DNA from: Octopus bimaculoides
Lineage: Eukaryota
Direction: 5' to 3'
Assembly (NCBI RefSeq): GCF_001194135.2
Contig: NC_068982.1
Span: 114,461,661 to 114,522,863 of the forward strand
DNA: 61,203 bases
The notes beneath the pieces were generated by a model. It did no database searches. It worked only from the letters and a program-made list of their open reading frames with translations, and was not told the DNA's origin. The first letter of the stretch is position 1. Every line of letters starts with the position of its first letter. A program made the position numbers and the translations under genes. Shown piece after piece: positions 12,560-24,982 of this stretch.

Positions 12560-12879
12560 CACATACAAGCTTTAGATGCCATTATTTATCAAGTTCGCAT
12601 TGTTTTAACTTATGTTTGTGTACAAATATATTTTCCTTGCTAACATGTATTTACACGCATTTATCACAGACTAAACTTATGTAATGATTTCTTTTAATGG
12701 CTTGTAGATACAATTTCCTAATTCACCGAGATTTTTTTTTTTTTCAGAAATCCAAGTTCTCAAAGTTGGTGCCATTGCCCCTATAATTATATATGACCAT
12801 GACATCATTCCTTATGAGTAGATTATACTGTAATGGAACTTTCAGGTAATTGATTATGATGAACGTGAAATTTTCATCG

Positions 12880-13100
12880 TTAATTTTTACAGACTGCAAC
12901 GGTTGTTGCATTTATGTGGTTTATCCTTTTGTGCATCGAGTAGTTGTAATCGTCTTTTGTTCCTGTATTCTTAAAGCATACCCTTCAAAATTACAGTTAA
13001 TATTTCAGTTGTTGGTCCAAGCTCAACTAATTTCGTTATCTATGTTGCTATCCCATTGAAGCTTTCTATTAAAATAGCCATTCATGATCATCTGAATATT
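12880..13100 (-). mobile_element. Highly degraded R4/Dong-like fragment
   Basis: Minus strand gives AWTNN*NINCNFEGYALRIQEQ, homologous to SWTNSRITTFHFEGYAFAIREQ at about 4445-4510. Confidence 0.6.
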
Positions 13101-15103
13101 GTATACAGCTTCTTTTCTTTTCTTTTTTTTGTCCCGGTTAGGTAGAGTTGTGCTGGAAATACTTTCCGAGGATGATTTTCCAACCCCTGTGATGTTATTT
13201 GCATTTTGTATGCAGATTTGCCAGTCTAACTTACTTTTTCACTTGTGTTTTTTTTTTCTATTTTCAGACGTTGACCAACTGACGTTCAGCCTGGGACATA
13301 TCAGTTACATCGATCTCCAGAATCTGATGGGTATCACAGTAATTATCTGTTTCTCTTGGATTAATTTAAAATCTCCACCGGAAACTAGACCTGTGTCTAA
13401 CGAAAACAAATTACATGTTTCTAATATACTTAAGAGAAGTGAAGAAGAAATAATGAATTCCATTCTTTTGCTTGTATTAATTCACAATGACATTAGCCTC
13501 TGAAACGAAGTGCGATTGCACCAAGCGAGAATAAACAAACAGGTCATAGACTCAAAGGTGTGATAGAAGTTCCGCTCTAATCTACGCCATCATTTTATTA
13601 AGTGTGTTCGTCATCATAATATACATGCATACAGATAGATAGATACATACATACATACATACATACATACATACATACATACATACATACATACATACAT
13701 ACATGGAACTGATTGTTGTAATTAATTATTTGGTGTTAATCTTTGCAGATTAATTTCATGTACTCATGATGCTGCAAATAAATTATTTTAGCCATGTAGT
13801 CATGCATCGACACCATATCGCTTTATCTAATTATTTATTGATTTCTACTAAAGATTATCACTGATATATTTGGATAATAACAAGTTTTCCATTCCTTGAT
13901 TAAATCTTACATATCTTGTTAGCTATTTCAAACAATTGGTTTACTTCTTAATATAATTTTTTCAGATAATATCTTAACGTTAATTTATAGACCTTTCAAA
14001 TAATCTATATCTGTCAGATTATAGTCGAAGAATCATGCATACGATTAACATTATTCTTACCCCCATATGGTCTCAAAAGAATTGTCTAAATTCTAACAAA
14101 AGTGATAAACCAGGAGTTTGACCATGTGACACGTTGAAGACATCAAAATGAAAACTAATAGCTACATACATGTGAAGAACCATTCTATGTGCACTACAGT
14201 ACTCCTCTACTAAACCATGCTTTCACACTTCATTACTACTTGATACACATCGTCTACATTATACATAGTGGAGGCGCAAGGGCCCAGTGGTTATACATAC
14301 ACCTGATATATCATAGCACTACACATAAAACAACTTCTTTCTTGTAGAAGGGGCTTCTTATATACATATAGGCATGAATTGTCAGCATAAATGAGGCATC
14401 ACATCCATTTGACCGAATTATTCTTAAGCAGAGTTGACCTAAGGTTGAACAGTAAAGACTAAATCATAATACAGTATGCTGCAAAAAAAAACAACATAAA
14501 ATAACTCGAAACAGCCAAAATTCATCATGTGTGGGTGTGCGCGCGCGTGTGCGCGAGAGTAGACACCCGCACACACTATGTACGAAGACATAGATGTAAA
14601 AATTCTGTAAGTCTCAGCAATAATATTAAATCCAGTAAACTATCCAACAGCGATAACATAGTCCATTCCTCTACTTGTAACTTGCAGTATCCAAAATAAT
14701 TGCTCTCTTAGCGATGATTGCGATAACTTTATTTCGAAAATTTTAGCCTATCGTGCTAAAGTCCAACACGCCAACAACAGTAATAGATTACAAATTCATA
14801 GATATTGCCCGCGATCACATTAAGCTACAAACTACACTAATTAAAATGTTTCAATGAATTAATTAACATGATAATTATATTTCTACAAACACTAACACAA
14901 GAAAGACTCATTTACGTATACTAATTTAAATTCAGATCTTAATGATACGTTTGTATCCGGTTTGTTTTGGAGAACTGTAAGCTGTTAGTTGGGGGTTGAT
15001 TTTGAACTAATTCTCACTTTGCTTTTGGAATTATTATTCATTTTGAATGTAAATGGCTCTTGATTAATATAAAGACAAAGGTAAAATTCTTGAGTCATAC
15101 TGA

Positions 15104-15330
15104 CTCACAAGGGCCTGCTTCCCGGTTTTATGACGTATATATTCCCCACCTGGACGGGATGCCGGTCTATCGCAGGATTATACATTTTTGTCAGCTAAGC
15201 GGACTGGAGCAACGTGAAACAAATTGTCTTGCTCAAGAACACAATGCGTCGCCCGTTCCAGGAATCGAAACCAGAATCTCATGCTCATGAGTTCAACACC
15301 CTAACTACTAAGCCACACGCCTCCACATTG
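15104..15330 (-). mobile_element. tRNA-derived SINE (A/B box head, CORE-like body)
   Basis: Minus strand: TGTGGAGGCGTGTGGCTTAGTAGTTAGG (A box) .. GTTTCGATTCC (B box) .. GTGTTCTTGAGCAAGACA..TTCACGTTGCTCCAGTCC..CTGCGATAGACCGGCATCCCGTCCAGG. Confidence 0.85.
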
Positions 15331-15925
15331 CCTATAAAAACGTTGAGAAAACTATTTCACGTCAGTAAATAGCAGAACAAACTTCAATAGAGATTTTTTC
15401 AAAGCCAAAATAGATCAACTATAAAATTTGACTATCAAAGTGTTTTACAGTTGTAAATTAAGTGAGTTGAGTATCAATAAATTAGGATTTTCATCTTGCA
15501 GCTCATCAAAAAGACATTTGTATTTTATTTGTTCATGCTCATGATTTTGTAAATCTAGAAACATTCTTTTGTACTTGATTAAAAACCAATATTCTCTAGC
15601 ATAATTCAGCATCAATACATGATTTTTTTAAATATATTCTTTCAGTGTCTTTTCTTATTTAAATTACGAAGAATTACAACTTTGATAATGAAGCCTAAAC
15701 TACTATACTACAGGTTTCTAGACAATTTTCACTGCAGTTTCAAATTTAAATGCTATCGAAATGGTCCCCACTTTTGTTCTCTGCGGTTTCTCGACTTTCT
15801 TTAGTGTCGTGACCTAGCTCAGATTCCAAGGTATACTCATTACGTAATGTGTACAATTTATCTGAAAAACATTCGGGATAATCATGCAATAGAAATTTGC
15901 CCCACTCTACTAAATATTGAACGTT

Positions 15926-15930
<5 letters not shown>

Positions 15931-15982
<52 letters not shown>
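15931..15982 (+). repeat. (AAT)n tract, left flank of the Penelope-like element
   Basis: Directly visible. Confidence 0.98.
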
Positions 15983-16015
15983 TTTCGACAGCGAACCTGT
16001 CGTTGTCGATTTCAA
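15980..16015 (-). ncRNA. Hammerhead-ribozyme-like motif, variant core UCGACAA, truncated at the cleavage site
   Basis: Minus strand: UUGAAA UCGACAA C GACAG-GUUCG-CUGUC GAAA UAU, followed by (UAU)n. Stem II is a perfect 5 bp. The 3' strand of stem I is absent. Confidence 0.65.
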
Positions 16016-18050
16016 AATAAAACGCGATAAAAATTCAAAATCATAGAAATTCAAATCTAAAATTTGAACGAGAGCAACCAGCGTCCACACATTGATGGAA
16101 TGATATCATCAGACTTTAAATTTCAATTTTATAACTGGCAAAAAGAAAAGGGTAGAAGAGAGAAGAAAGGAGAGAAAAAAGAATATTTAATCAAACAGTT
16201 TTGTGTAAATTTGATGAAATTCTGTCATTTTATTCATTCCTCCTATATTTCTCTTCATGCATTTTGAGTATTGAAAGTGTAGCAGATTCAGAATATTTTC
16301 TGAGAATATGCACTTACAAGTCTTTTTTCAAAATTTCAGCCGTTTGATCGAATCTGGCATAATTGGATGGAAATCCTAATTGGTATCCCGATTGGTATCC
16401 AGATAAAGTTCGGGTTGGGCGTTCACAAGCACGAATGGAATTTCTTGAATCTTGTCAGAAAGACGTTAGAGAAAGCCTTAAAACAAGTGGAAAGAAGTCA
16501 TGGAATAACCTTACAAATTCCCAACGTTTCATGAAGTCTTACCTGTCGATCCAAAGCCCAATTACAGAGAGGAACTTGAGAAAATAATTCTGGAAATGGA
16601 GGAAAACAATTCATTTATAAGGCCGAATCCAGGATTTTACGTTTAGAAAGAACACCTGTATTTTATGGTCTCCTAAAACTACGTAAAAAGTTCGAATGAT
16701 TTCCCCCAATGCGCCCAATTTGTGGCGGATATGAATGTTGTACAGTCAAGATTTCGGAATGGCTGGATAGCTTTCTAATCCCTGTTGCAAAAAGATCAAG
16801 TTCCTATATTCGGGATACTTTTGATTTTGTGTCTAAAATCAGCAACTTTTTTAAGCACCGAAGCCCACGTCGAAAACTAGCGGTGAATTTTTGGACACAA
16901 AAGTGAAGTTTTCTTGAGGCAGAATAGTTACAGAGTTATTTTGCAAGCCCACATCATCCCACATTTACCTCCACCGCCTCTGCGATCATCCCCATTATAT
17001 AATTGGATCAAATCCGAAATCCCCATCTTTTAGGATAAAAATGATTTATACTGACATTGGGAATTACAGGAAACATGCAAATTCTTTTGTACACCATTAT
17101 GTCAAACGCGGTTGCAGTGAATCACGATTAAAGAAAATAGCAAATGAGATAGCTGAGATTAGCAAAAAAGTCAAACCTTCACGCATAAGTTTAGCAGACA
17201 CAATAAAATATGTGACATAATTCTTTTAGTGATTAACTGGCGTTTGGAAAGTGTTGCATGAAAGTTACCAACATGTTGCTGAAAAATATCCTCGTTTCAA
17301 ACAGGTATTTCCTCAGTCGCCTATTATAGCCTTTAGACGGAATAAAAATATAAGAGAATTATTGACATCTATTTCTGATTCAAAGAAAACTAGTATTGGA
17401 GTATCTGCACGCTGTACCTTGAAAAACAGCCGCAAGAGAGGGAAGCCCTGTTCATTGTGCAACAACATGAGTCAAGTGAATTCCATCAGGAGTCATAAGA
17501 GAAATGTTATGATTTATACAGAAGGTGGGACATATAGAGATTCCCATTTGGTGTACGCGGCAGAATGCACGAAACACAACTCGATTTATGTTGGTTGTAC
17601 AAGAGAAGAATTAAACAAAAGATTTAATGGGCACAGATATGACGTCAGGCACAATAACAGTAGTTCAACAGAATTTGTCGAACATTTTGCTTCAAACGGC
17701 TGCAATTTTTAAAGATTTGAAAGTGCATATTTTCAGAAAATATTCTGAATCTACTACACTTTCAATACTCAAAGTGCACGAGGAGAAATATGTTTGCGGG
17801 TTATTAACATCACACCCCTGTGAGAATGAATTAAATAACAAGAGAATTTCATCAAATTTACACAAAATTGTTTGATTAAATATTCTTCTTTTTCCCTTTC
17901 TTTTTTCTCTCCTTTCTCCTTTCTTCTGCCTTTTTTCTGTTTGCCAGTTATAAAATTGAAACTTAAAGGCTGGTGATGTCATCACATCAACGTGTGGACG
18001 CTGGTTGCTCTTGTTCATATTTTAGATTTGAATTTTTATCACTTTGTATT

Positions 18051-18093
18051 TTGAACTCGACAAAAACATGCATGCTGTCGAAATATCGTTCAA
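18051..18093 (+). ncRNA. Hammerhead-ribozyme-like motif (minimal type I), variant core UCGACAA
   Basis: UUGAAC(18051-56) UCGACAA(18057-63) A AACAUGCAUGCUGUC GAAA(18080-83) UAUC GUUCAA(18088-93). Stem I is a perfect 6 bp, stem III is the palindrome AUAU, the cleavage triplet is AUC, and stem II is partly degraded. Confidence 0.7.
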
Positions 18094-18167
18094 CAAATAA
18101 AATATCTATTGCAATCGCATCACGCTCTTCTGTTTACCTTTGTGAAGTGTTACGTCAAACCTTTTAA

Positions 18168-18174
18168 AATAATG

Positions 18175-18231
<57 letters not shown>
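18168..18231 (+). repeat. (AAT)n tract between the Penelope-like and R4/Dong-like elements
   Basis: Directly visible, in the same orientation as 15931-15982. Confidence 0.98.
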
Positions 18232-19128
18232 GGACTATTCCAGAAGAGAACTATAACTGAAACTAATAAGATTATTTTGGCTGCAGCTATGGTTGTTGCA
18301 GATAGAGTTTGACGCAAAAGAGAACAAACAGAACGTAAAGAACCACCCTGGCGTGGACGAATTTGTGAGAAACAAACAAGGTTAAAAAGACATTTAGGAC
18401 AAGTTGATAGACTGAGTAGAGGGGAATTGCAGAACGAAAGCATAAGAATAATGCTGGAAAGAACATATAGAATAAGAGATAAAGGTTTGATGAGATATTG
18501 GAATAATTGAAACAAAGAGTAGTAGCAATCAAAGCAAAACTGGAAAGGTATGACAATAGAACAAAACAATTCAGGCAAAACAGATTGTTCGAAGCAAATC
18601 AGAGGAAACTGTTTCAGGAACTAGATGGGCAATTACACGTAAGAATGATACCAGATGCGGAGGAAATCAGGGTATTCAGAATAGCAATCTGGGTCCAACT
18701 GAATAGTATAATGATGAAGCGGAGTAGCTGCATGTATTGCAAGATAGGCTAAGAAATAAAGAAGGTCAAAATAACATAACGATAACTACGGAAATGGTAA
18801 AAAATCAGTTTTAAAAAATCCCAAATTTGAAGCGGCCAGGACCGGATGGAGTCCAAGATTATTGGATGAAGAAGCTGACAGGGCTCCACGAAAGGGTAGC
18901 GCAATAGCTAGATGATTGTAATACCCAGCAGGCTGAAAAAGGGAAAAGCATTGTTGTGTGCCAAGGATCCTGAAAAGAGAAATGTTGCAGCCAACATTAG
19001 ACCAATAACGTGCCTTCCTCTAATTTTGAAACTAATGCCATGTGCGTTGGCCGGTGAATTGTATAGATATCTGAAAAACAGTGGACTGCTACCTATTGAA
19101 CAGAAAGGGTGCCGAGTGAGAAGCTTTT
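18232..19128 (+). mobile_element. R4/Dong-like non-LTR fragment (pre-RT region and RT N-terminus)
   Basis: KEPPWRGRI..; LKQRVVAIKAKLERYDNRTKQFRQNRLFEANQRKLFQELDG; [14 protein letters not shown]; NIRPITCLPLILKL..LYRYLKNSGLLPIEQKGCR. Stops and frameshifts. Starts immediately after (AAT)n. Confidence 0.9.
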
Positions 19129-19400
19129 TCTGGCGTGTGCCCATACCATCTTTTTTCTGTTGTTATTCCATAGTGTTGGCATAGCTTCCAGTGTATGTAG
19201 GTCCCAACTCTGTCATGTCTGTCAATATATTCCTTCTTAGCCAGGACTGGGCAGCCAGAGATAATATGGTTTACTGTTTCTTGTCCATCTCCACATATTC
19301 TACAGTTACTTGTTATGTTTCTTTTCATTATATCTTTTTGGTAATTTCTGGTGGGGAGGCGTTGGTCTTGTGCTGCAGTTTAAAATCTTTCAGTCTCTAG
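19129..19400 (-). mobile_element. R4/Dong-like fragment (CCHC zinc knuckle), inverted relative to 18232-19128
   Basis: AAQDQRLPTRNYQKDIMKRNITSNCRICGDGQETVNHIISGCPVLAKKEYIDRHDRVGTYIHWKLCQHYGITTEKRWYGHTPEK (CxxC-x7-H-x4-C and the RHD motif). Confidence 0.92.
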
Positions 19401-19759
19401 ATACAGCAGTTGTCAGCGATATATAGAATTCCAGCGGTTACTCAGGAAGTGGTGTCGCAAATAGCCAGTGGGCTTACTAAAAAATATTAGCGAGAGAAGC
19501 AGTAATAATAGCAAAAGGAGCCATTTTTAATATATAACTAATTCTATGTTGTGTTTTTCATAATCGTATAGAAATCAGAAACAAGGAAGTCGGGCTTATA
19601 CAGTGTGGAGATTAGTCGTCCGGTACATCAAATCCCGTTACATTGAAGCAGTGGACACGATTTCAAGTCAGCTCGCTTTGTTATAGACACACATCTCTCT
19701 TTCTCCTTCTCTCTCTTTCTCTCTCTCTCACTCTCTCTTTTTCTGTCTCTTTCCCTCGT

Positions 19760-19804
<45 letters not shown>

Positions 19805-19898
19805 TTCTCTCTCTCTCTCTCTCTGTTTATACATAAACACACACGTATATATAAAGATACACACATACATATATATAGCATGCATATATGTATGTAAA

Positions 19899-19968
<70 letters not shown>

Positions 19969-21169
19969 CATACATATATACATACATATACATATATATG
20001 TATTGTATGTTTAAATATATACATGTGTGTGCATGTCTGTCTGTGTGAACATATATGTAATATATATGTATGTATAATGATGTACACTCTAACAGCAAGT
20101 GGAATGTAATGTAGCTAGGACCACGGAAGTTGAAAATGAAAATCTTATCGAGTCTACTTTCTACTCAAATAATCTTAAATGGTCGAATTTCCGTCGGATA
20201 TATTCTCAACTAATAAATTTATTGTAACCCAATTCTTCATGCATCATTAGTTCTGACAGCTGCAACTATCCCTATTAATCTCTGGAATGAAGTATTTTGC
20301 AGAATTTTTTTTTTTAATTTGTATTAATTGAGGCAGCAGCTTTCCATAGAATTATGTTTTACAATATAAAATTATTTGCTTCCTTAGTCGTGTTCATATT
20401 CACACTTGAATTCCCAAATCATAACCTTTTATTAACAGATATCTTCAACGACACAAAGTGTCTCTCTGTTCTTCACACTAGATAATACTTGTGTGTGTTT
20501 AACTTCACGTGATTTAGTCGTTTTCGATTCCACACTGATAAAGCGACCCCCAGACAAATGGAGGACACTGATCAGCAACTGAACCAGAATGATATAGCAA
20601 TATAGAATAAAGTGTTTTGCTTAGAAACAGAATAGAATACGAGAAGTGAATTTGAAATTATGCTTCATGAGCAGATATTTTAGTTGGTTAACTCCTCAGC
20701 CATCTTACGTTGAATATCACATTGTTGTGTCGCTCACACTTGCGCACAAGAACAATTTTTGTAAGCAAAAGTTACACTCAATCTAAAGTCCTATTATTAA
20801 TTCGTCCACCTCCAGCAGGAAGTGTTAATCCGCCACACTCAGTGAGGTCGGTGGATAAATCAGCAACTCCACTGAAGGTAGAGGATTGCTCTGTCTCACT
20901 AGAACCTTAGGATTCATCAGCCTCACATTAATGGTGAAGTGAATGCTTCAGCTTAACATTGATTTGAACAGACCTATAATTAAAGGTATTCCAATCGTGA
21001 CCATTCCGTTGACGCACTTTGAGCATTAGTTTTTTCATCAGCAAATTGTGCAATCAGTTAGAGGCTTTCTCACAGGCTCTTATACACATGCTGAATTCAG
21101 AAAAATGGGGAGTAAAATCTATATTTAATGCTATATCTAATCTACTTTCCAGCCATTGTGTTACGCTGA

Positions 21170-21990
21170 TATATTATTGGCACAATATATGAGGCACAAT
21201 ACTTCATGTGAAGGGTTTATGAGGGTAGAGTCGAATATGCTGACCCCAAAACATAGCTGGTAATTTATTTTATCGAACCCAGGAAGTTGAAAAGTAAAGC
21301 GTTGGCCTTGACAGGATTTGAACACAGAACGTAAAGAGTTATACTACTTTCTTCTTTCTGTCGGTTTCAATAATATAACAGTTCCTCCTATTAGAAAACG
21401 TTGCTAGCCTCTTAACTCTTCCCCATTTCTAAAAGAAACACATTGTAAGTGGTCTCTAACGGCATTTCTCCCGGTTCAATGTGACTGATTCAAAGTAAGA
21501 GAAAAATTCCTGAACCTGATGACATGACTGGTTTGTTATTTATCGATCTCAGAAGCAGGAAAGGCAAAGCCGATCTCGGCTGGATTTGAACTCAGATATA
21601 TAAAGTGTTATATAAACAATATAATAGATAATACATTTACAGGCAGTGGATTAGCAGAAATGGGGGGATGCAATAAAATAAAGTATCACTCAAGTGCTGA
21701 GGTCGATATTATCAAGTGTTCCTTCCCACCAAATTTGACACCTTGTGTATATGTTACAGATCCTCACATTATACGCCAGTATTTGAATGTGGCGATAGAT
21801 AAGTCAGGATATAAACGAATTTAATCTTTTTGTCTTATGTAGTTACACTCATTTACGTTCTGAATTCAAATCCCGCTGGTATTGGTTTCGCTTTCCATTT
21901 TTCCATGTTCAATATAAAATAAATAGCATTGAAGTCAATTTAATTTCCTATACATCCTTTCAAGTTTTGTGGTCTTGTAGCTATACTAGA
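21170..21990. mobile_element. Cluster of degraded SINE fragments in both orientations
   Basis: GGATTTGAACACAG (about 21314) and GGCAAAGCCGATCTCGGCTGGATTTGAACTCAG (about 21563-21595) on the minus strand; TTTACGTTCTGAATTCAAATCCCGC (about 21852) on the plus strand. All match the family at 23907. Confidence 0.65.
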
Positions 21991-23220
21991 AATCGATATT
22001 CCTACATAAAGCCTTGTTGTTTAGCTCAAGGTTAACTCTTATTTGACAAACCTATGACCACAACACTTGACCATAACCACTCCGTCTTTTAGGAGTATGT
22101 AAGACTACATTATCCAGTGAATCCTTAAGACGGGAAGGAGTAATTTTAATGAGATTCTAGTAGATCGATTGACCATCTAGAGGCTCCCGCATTAGCGAAG
22201 TAGTAAAATAGGAATGTGGGACAACATCGTGCTTTCATGAGTATTTGCGATATAGTCTCCACTAGGATTGAAATTGGTTTACCAGCTTTGCTTCCTAGAA
22301 GATTAAATTTTGTTCCACGATATGTGTTATAAATTTTATAATATGCTTAAACTTAACATATTTCCCTTGGAACGGCTTTCACTGTTAATTTCCTTTTATA
22401 CTTGTGTATTTGGTTTTCTACTGAGCTTCCATTGATATCAATATTCGATTAAACAAAATGTATGATTAGGATATTCCTAATGAGGTGCTACAGATCCTTC
22501 AACAGAATAGAATTCCCTCAGATGTTGAAATGACCATAGGGAGTTTTAGAACAACCCAGTACTTTGTTTAGTTCTCATGACTGACTGGAATATTCGAGAC
22601 ATGATAAATTATAAACATGAATTATATTTCCCATGGGATCATTATTCTTCTTAAATTACTTAGAATTTCTCAACAGAGATATTGGTGCTTTATGTTCAAT
22701 GTTTGAGAGAAAGAAAAGCTTTAGTTCTCTCTATGTATTATATGGATACTCTGTATCGGAGATTCGGCAAAATCTTTCCAATCATCTTATGCATGATCGC
22801 GGAAATCATAAATACGTTTCTTTTAATTTACCATACAAGTATTATTCATCTGTCTACTTTGCATAGAATATTAATTCGAAATTCGGAACCAATAGATTCA
22901 ATAAGAAATCTCACTTTGTCGATACATTGATGATATTTCAATAGCTTGCTTTCGGTATGAAATGAAGTTGTTAAGATATAGTCTTTTATAATATATAACA
23001 AAATTATATTGATATATGAGAGAATGTTCGATATGGAAGGACAAAAAAAAAGACATTATTTGCCGTCTCCATTAAGTTGTACATAACTTCATATATATTT
23101 CATATATTTACATGTGTGTGTGTATATATCTGTGTGTGGGTGTGTCTATGCATGCATGTGTATATATATGTGTGTGTGTGTGTGTATGCATGTGTGTGTA
23201 TATATACATATATATATATA

Positions 23221-23281
<61 letters not shown>

Positions 23282-23317
23282 GTGTATGTGTGTTAATACA
23301 TATTTGTACATATCTTT

Positions 23318-23387
<70 letters not shown>

Positions 23388-23906
23388 TGTGTGAGAGAGA
23401 GAGAAATAGAGACAGAGAGTCATAAAGACAGAGAGAGAAAGAGAGATTTGGTAGAACAAATAGGTGATAAATAGCTCGGCACATGAGTATAGATAAATTT
23501 TAAAAGTGGCTCTAGAGCTGAGAGTTTGATAAGTACCATACACAAAACATCAGCGTATCATATTGCGTTGATAACATAAAATAAAGCTTTACTTCTATTG
23601 CTAAATCTATTCAGAAAAACATGCTTGATATTTCACGTCTCATTTCTGTTCAAGAAACCAATATTATTCACGTAGAGTAATATATTCTCTTTATATTCAA
23701 TATAACACTATTAATTCAATATTTCTCACAAAGTACTGATCCAATATACTTACAAATATCGTTTTTATATAAAGAGATGAACATATGCTCATCTGTCTAT
23801 TTCGTGTAGAAAATTAATTTTTCCCTCCGAATTGGAACAAGGCCACACGTATTTTTAGGGATGAGTTTACTGGATTGAATGAACTCTATTTCATAATTAA
23901 TACATT

Positions 23907-24082
23907 GCGGCGAGCTGGCAGAAATGTTAGCACGTCTGTCTCTACGTTCTGAGTTCAAATTCTGCCGAGGTCGACTTTGCCTTTTATCCTTTCGGAGTTT
24001 ATAAATTAAGTACCAGTTGCGTACTGGGGTCGATCTAATCGACTGGTCCCCTCCCACTTGTGCCGAGAGTAGAAAAGAATAT
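23907..24082 (+). mobile_element. SINE (GCGGCGAGCTGGCAGAA family), well preserved with an internal deletion
   Basis: GCGGCGAGCTGGCAGAAATGTTAGCACG..GAGTTCAAATTCTGCCGAGGTCGACTTTGCC..AAGTACCAGTTGCGTACTGGGGTCGATCTAATCGACTGG..GTAGAAAAGAATAT. Homologous to the copies at 11715, 56408 and 57855. Confidence 0.9.
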
Positions 24083-24645
24083 TTAGTGGCTGGCTTCGGT
24101 GAGATGGATGTAGAAATGTATCCAAGGGGCATATGAATTCATAGAAATATCTTATAGATGTAGCCATGGTTTGTGGTTAAGAAGTTGCTTATGACCACTT
24201 GTTTTGGTGTATACTTTCACCTCCCGGCAATTTATACAAGTGAATCCTTCCATAGCTTCAAGTTGACTAAGATATTAGACTCTTGTATAAAATGCCAAAC
24301 AGTATATGCATAGTTACTTCACAATATATATATTTCGCTTAGGTATTAGAACATAATATACAATGCTTCAGAACGAAGCTCTTGTCGAGTACAGAGCTGT
24401 AATAGGAAAATAAGATGACAAAGGAATAAACAATAATCATATGAACTTCATTAGCTTCCAGGTGTTTCTGCTATATGATGCAATGAACTCGTAGTTGAGT
24501 GCTTGAGTAACACTATTGTTTCGTCTGAGCCTCAAAAATGAAGTGCAGTTTATTTGGGAAAAACAATTACATTTATAATGTAAACAGGTGTAAGCTGATG
24601 AAGTTCATGAGATAATATACACATGTGTGTATGTATGTATGCATG

Positions 24646-24710
<65 letters not shown>

Positions 24711-24982
24711 GCATGTATGTGACCAAAAGATATCAGGAACGAATAGAACATAAATGCATGAGTATACAACAGTAAAATGTAGTTCTGTAGGAAGAAACAC
24801 CACGTTATAAAGGCACGTTAAAAAGGACCTTCATAAACAATGCTGAAAAGCGTGTCGTAGTGGGCTGGGCTTCTTTTGTTGGCACAAAATTTAAAGTAAC
24901 CTCCTAAGAACGTATGCTTGTTTAAAATGTGTTTGTTTAAAATCGGTACATTTGGACAAGAATACCTTGCGATGTTTATGAA

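Larger units (their letters stand above)
15980..18167 (+). mobile_element. Penelope-like element (Neptune-like): inverted 3' arm, RT remnant, Cys-rich linker, GIY-YIG endonuclease and 3' repeat
   Basis: RT motifs RTPVFYGLLKL..PPMRPICGG..CTVKISEWLDSFL..SYIRDTFDF (about 16650-16848), then VNFLDTKV..LFCKPTSSHIYLH (from 16883). Linker C..KPCSLC. GIY-YIG HLVYAAECTKHNSIYVGCTREELNKRFNGHR (about 17545-17640). 15980-16347 is the reverse complement of 17692-18087. Confidence 0.92.

Noticed and set aside
15290-15330. tRNA-like A/B boxes here and at 28918, 46279 and 58346
   Set aside because: These are SINE heads. They lack a full cloverleaf and continue into SINE bodies.
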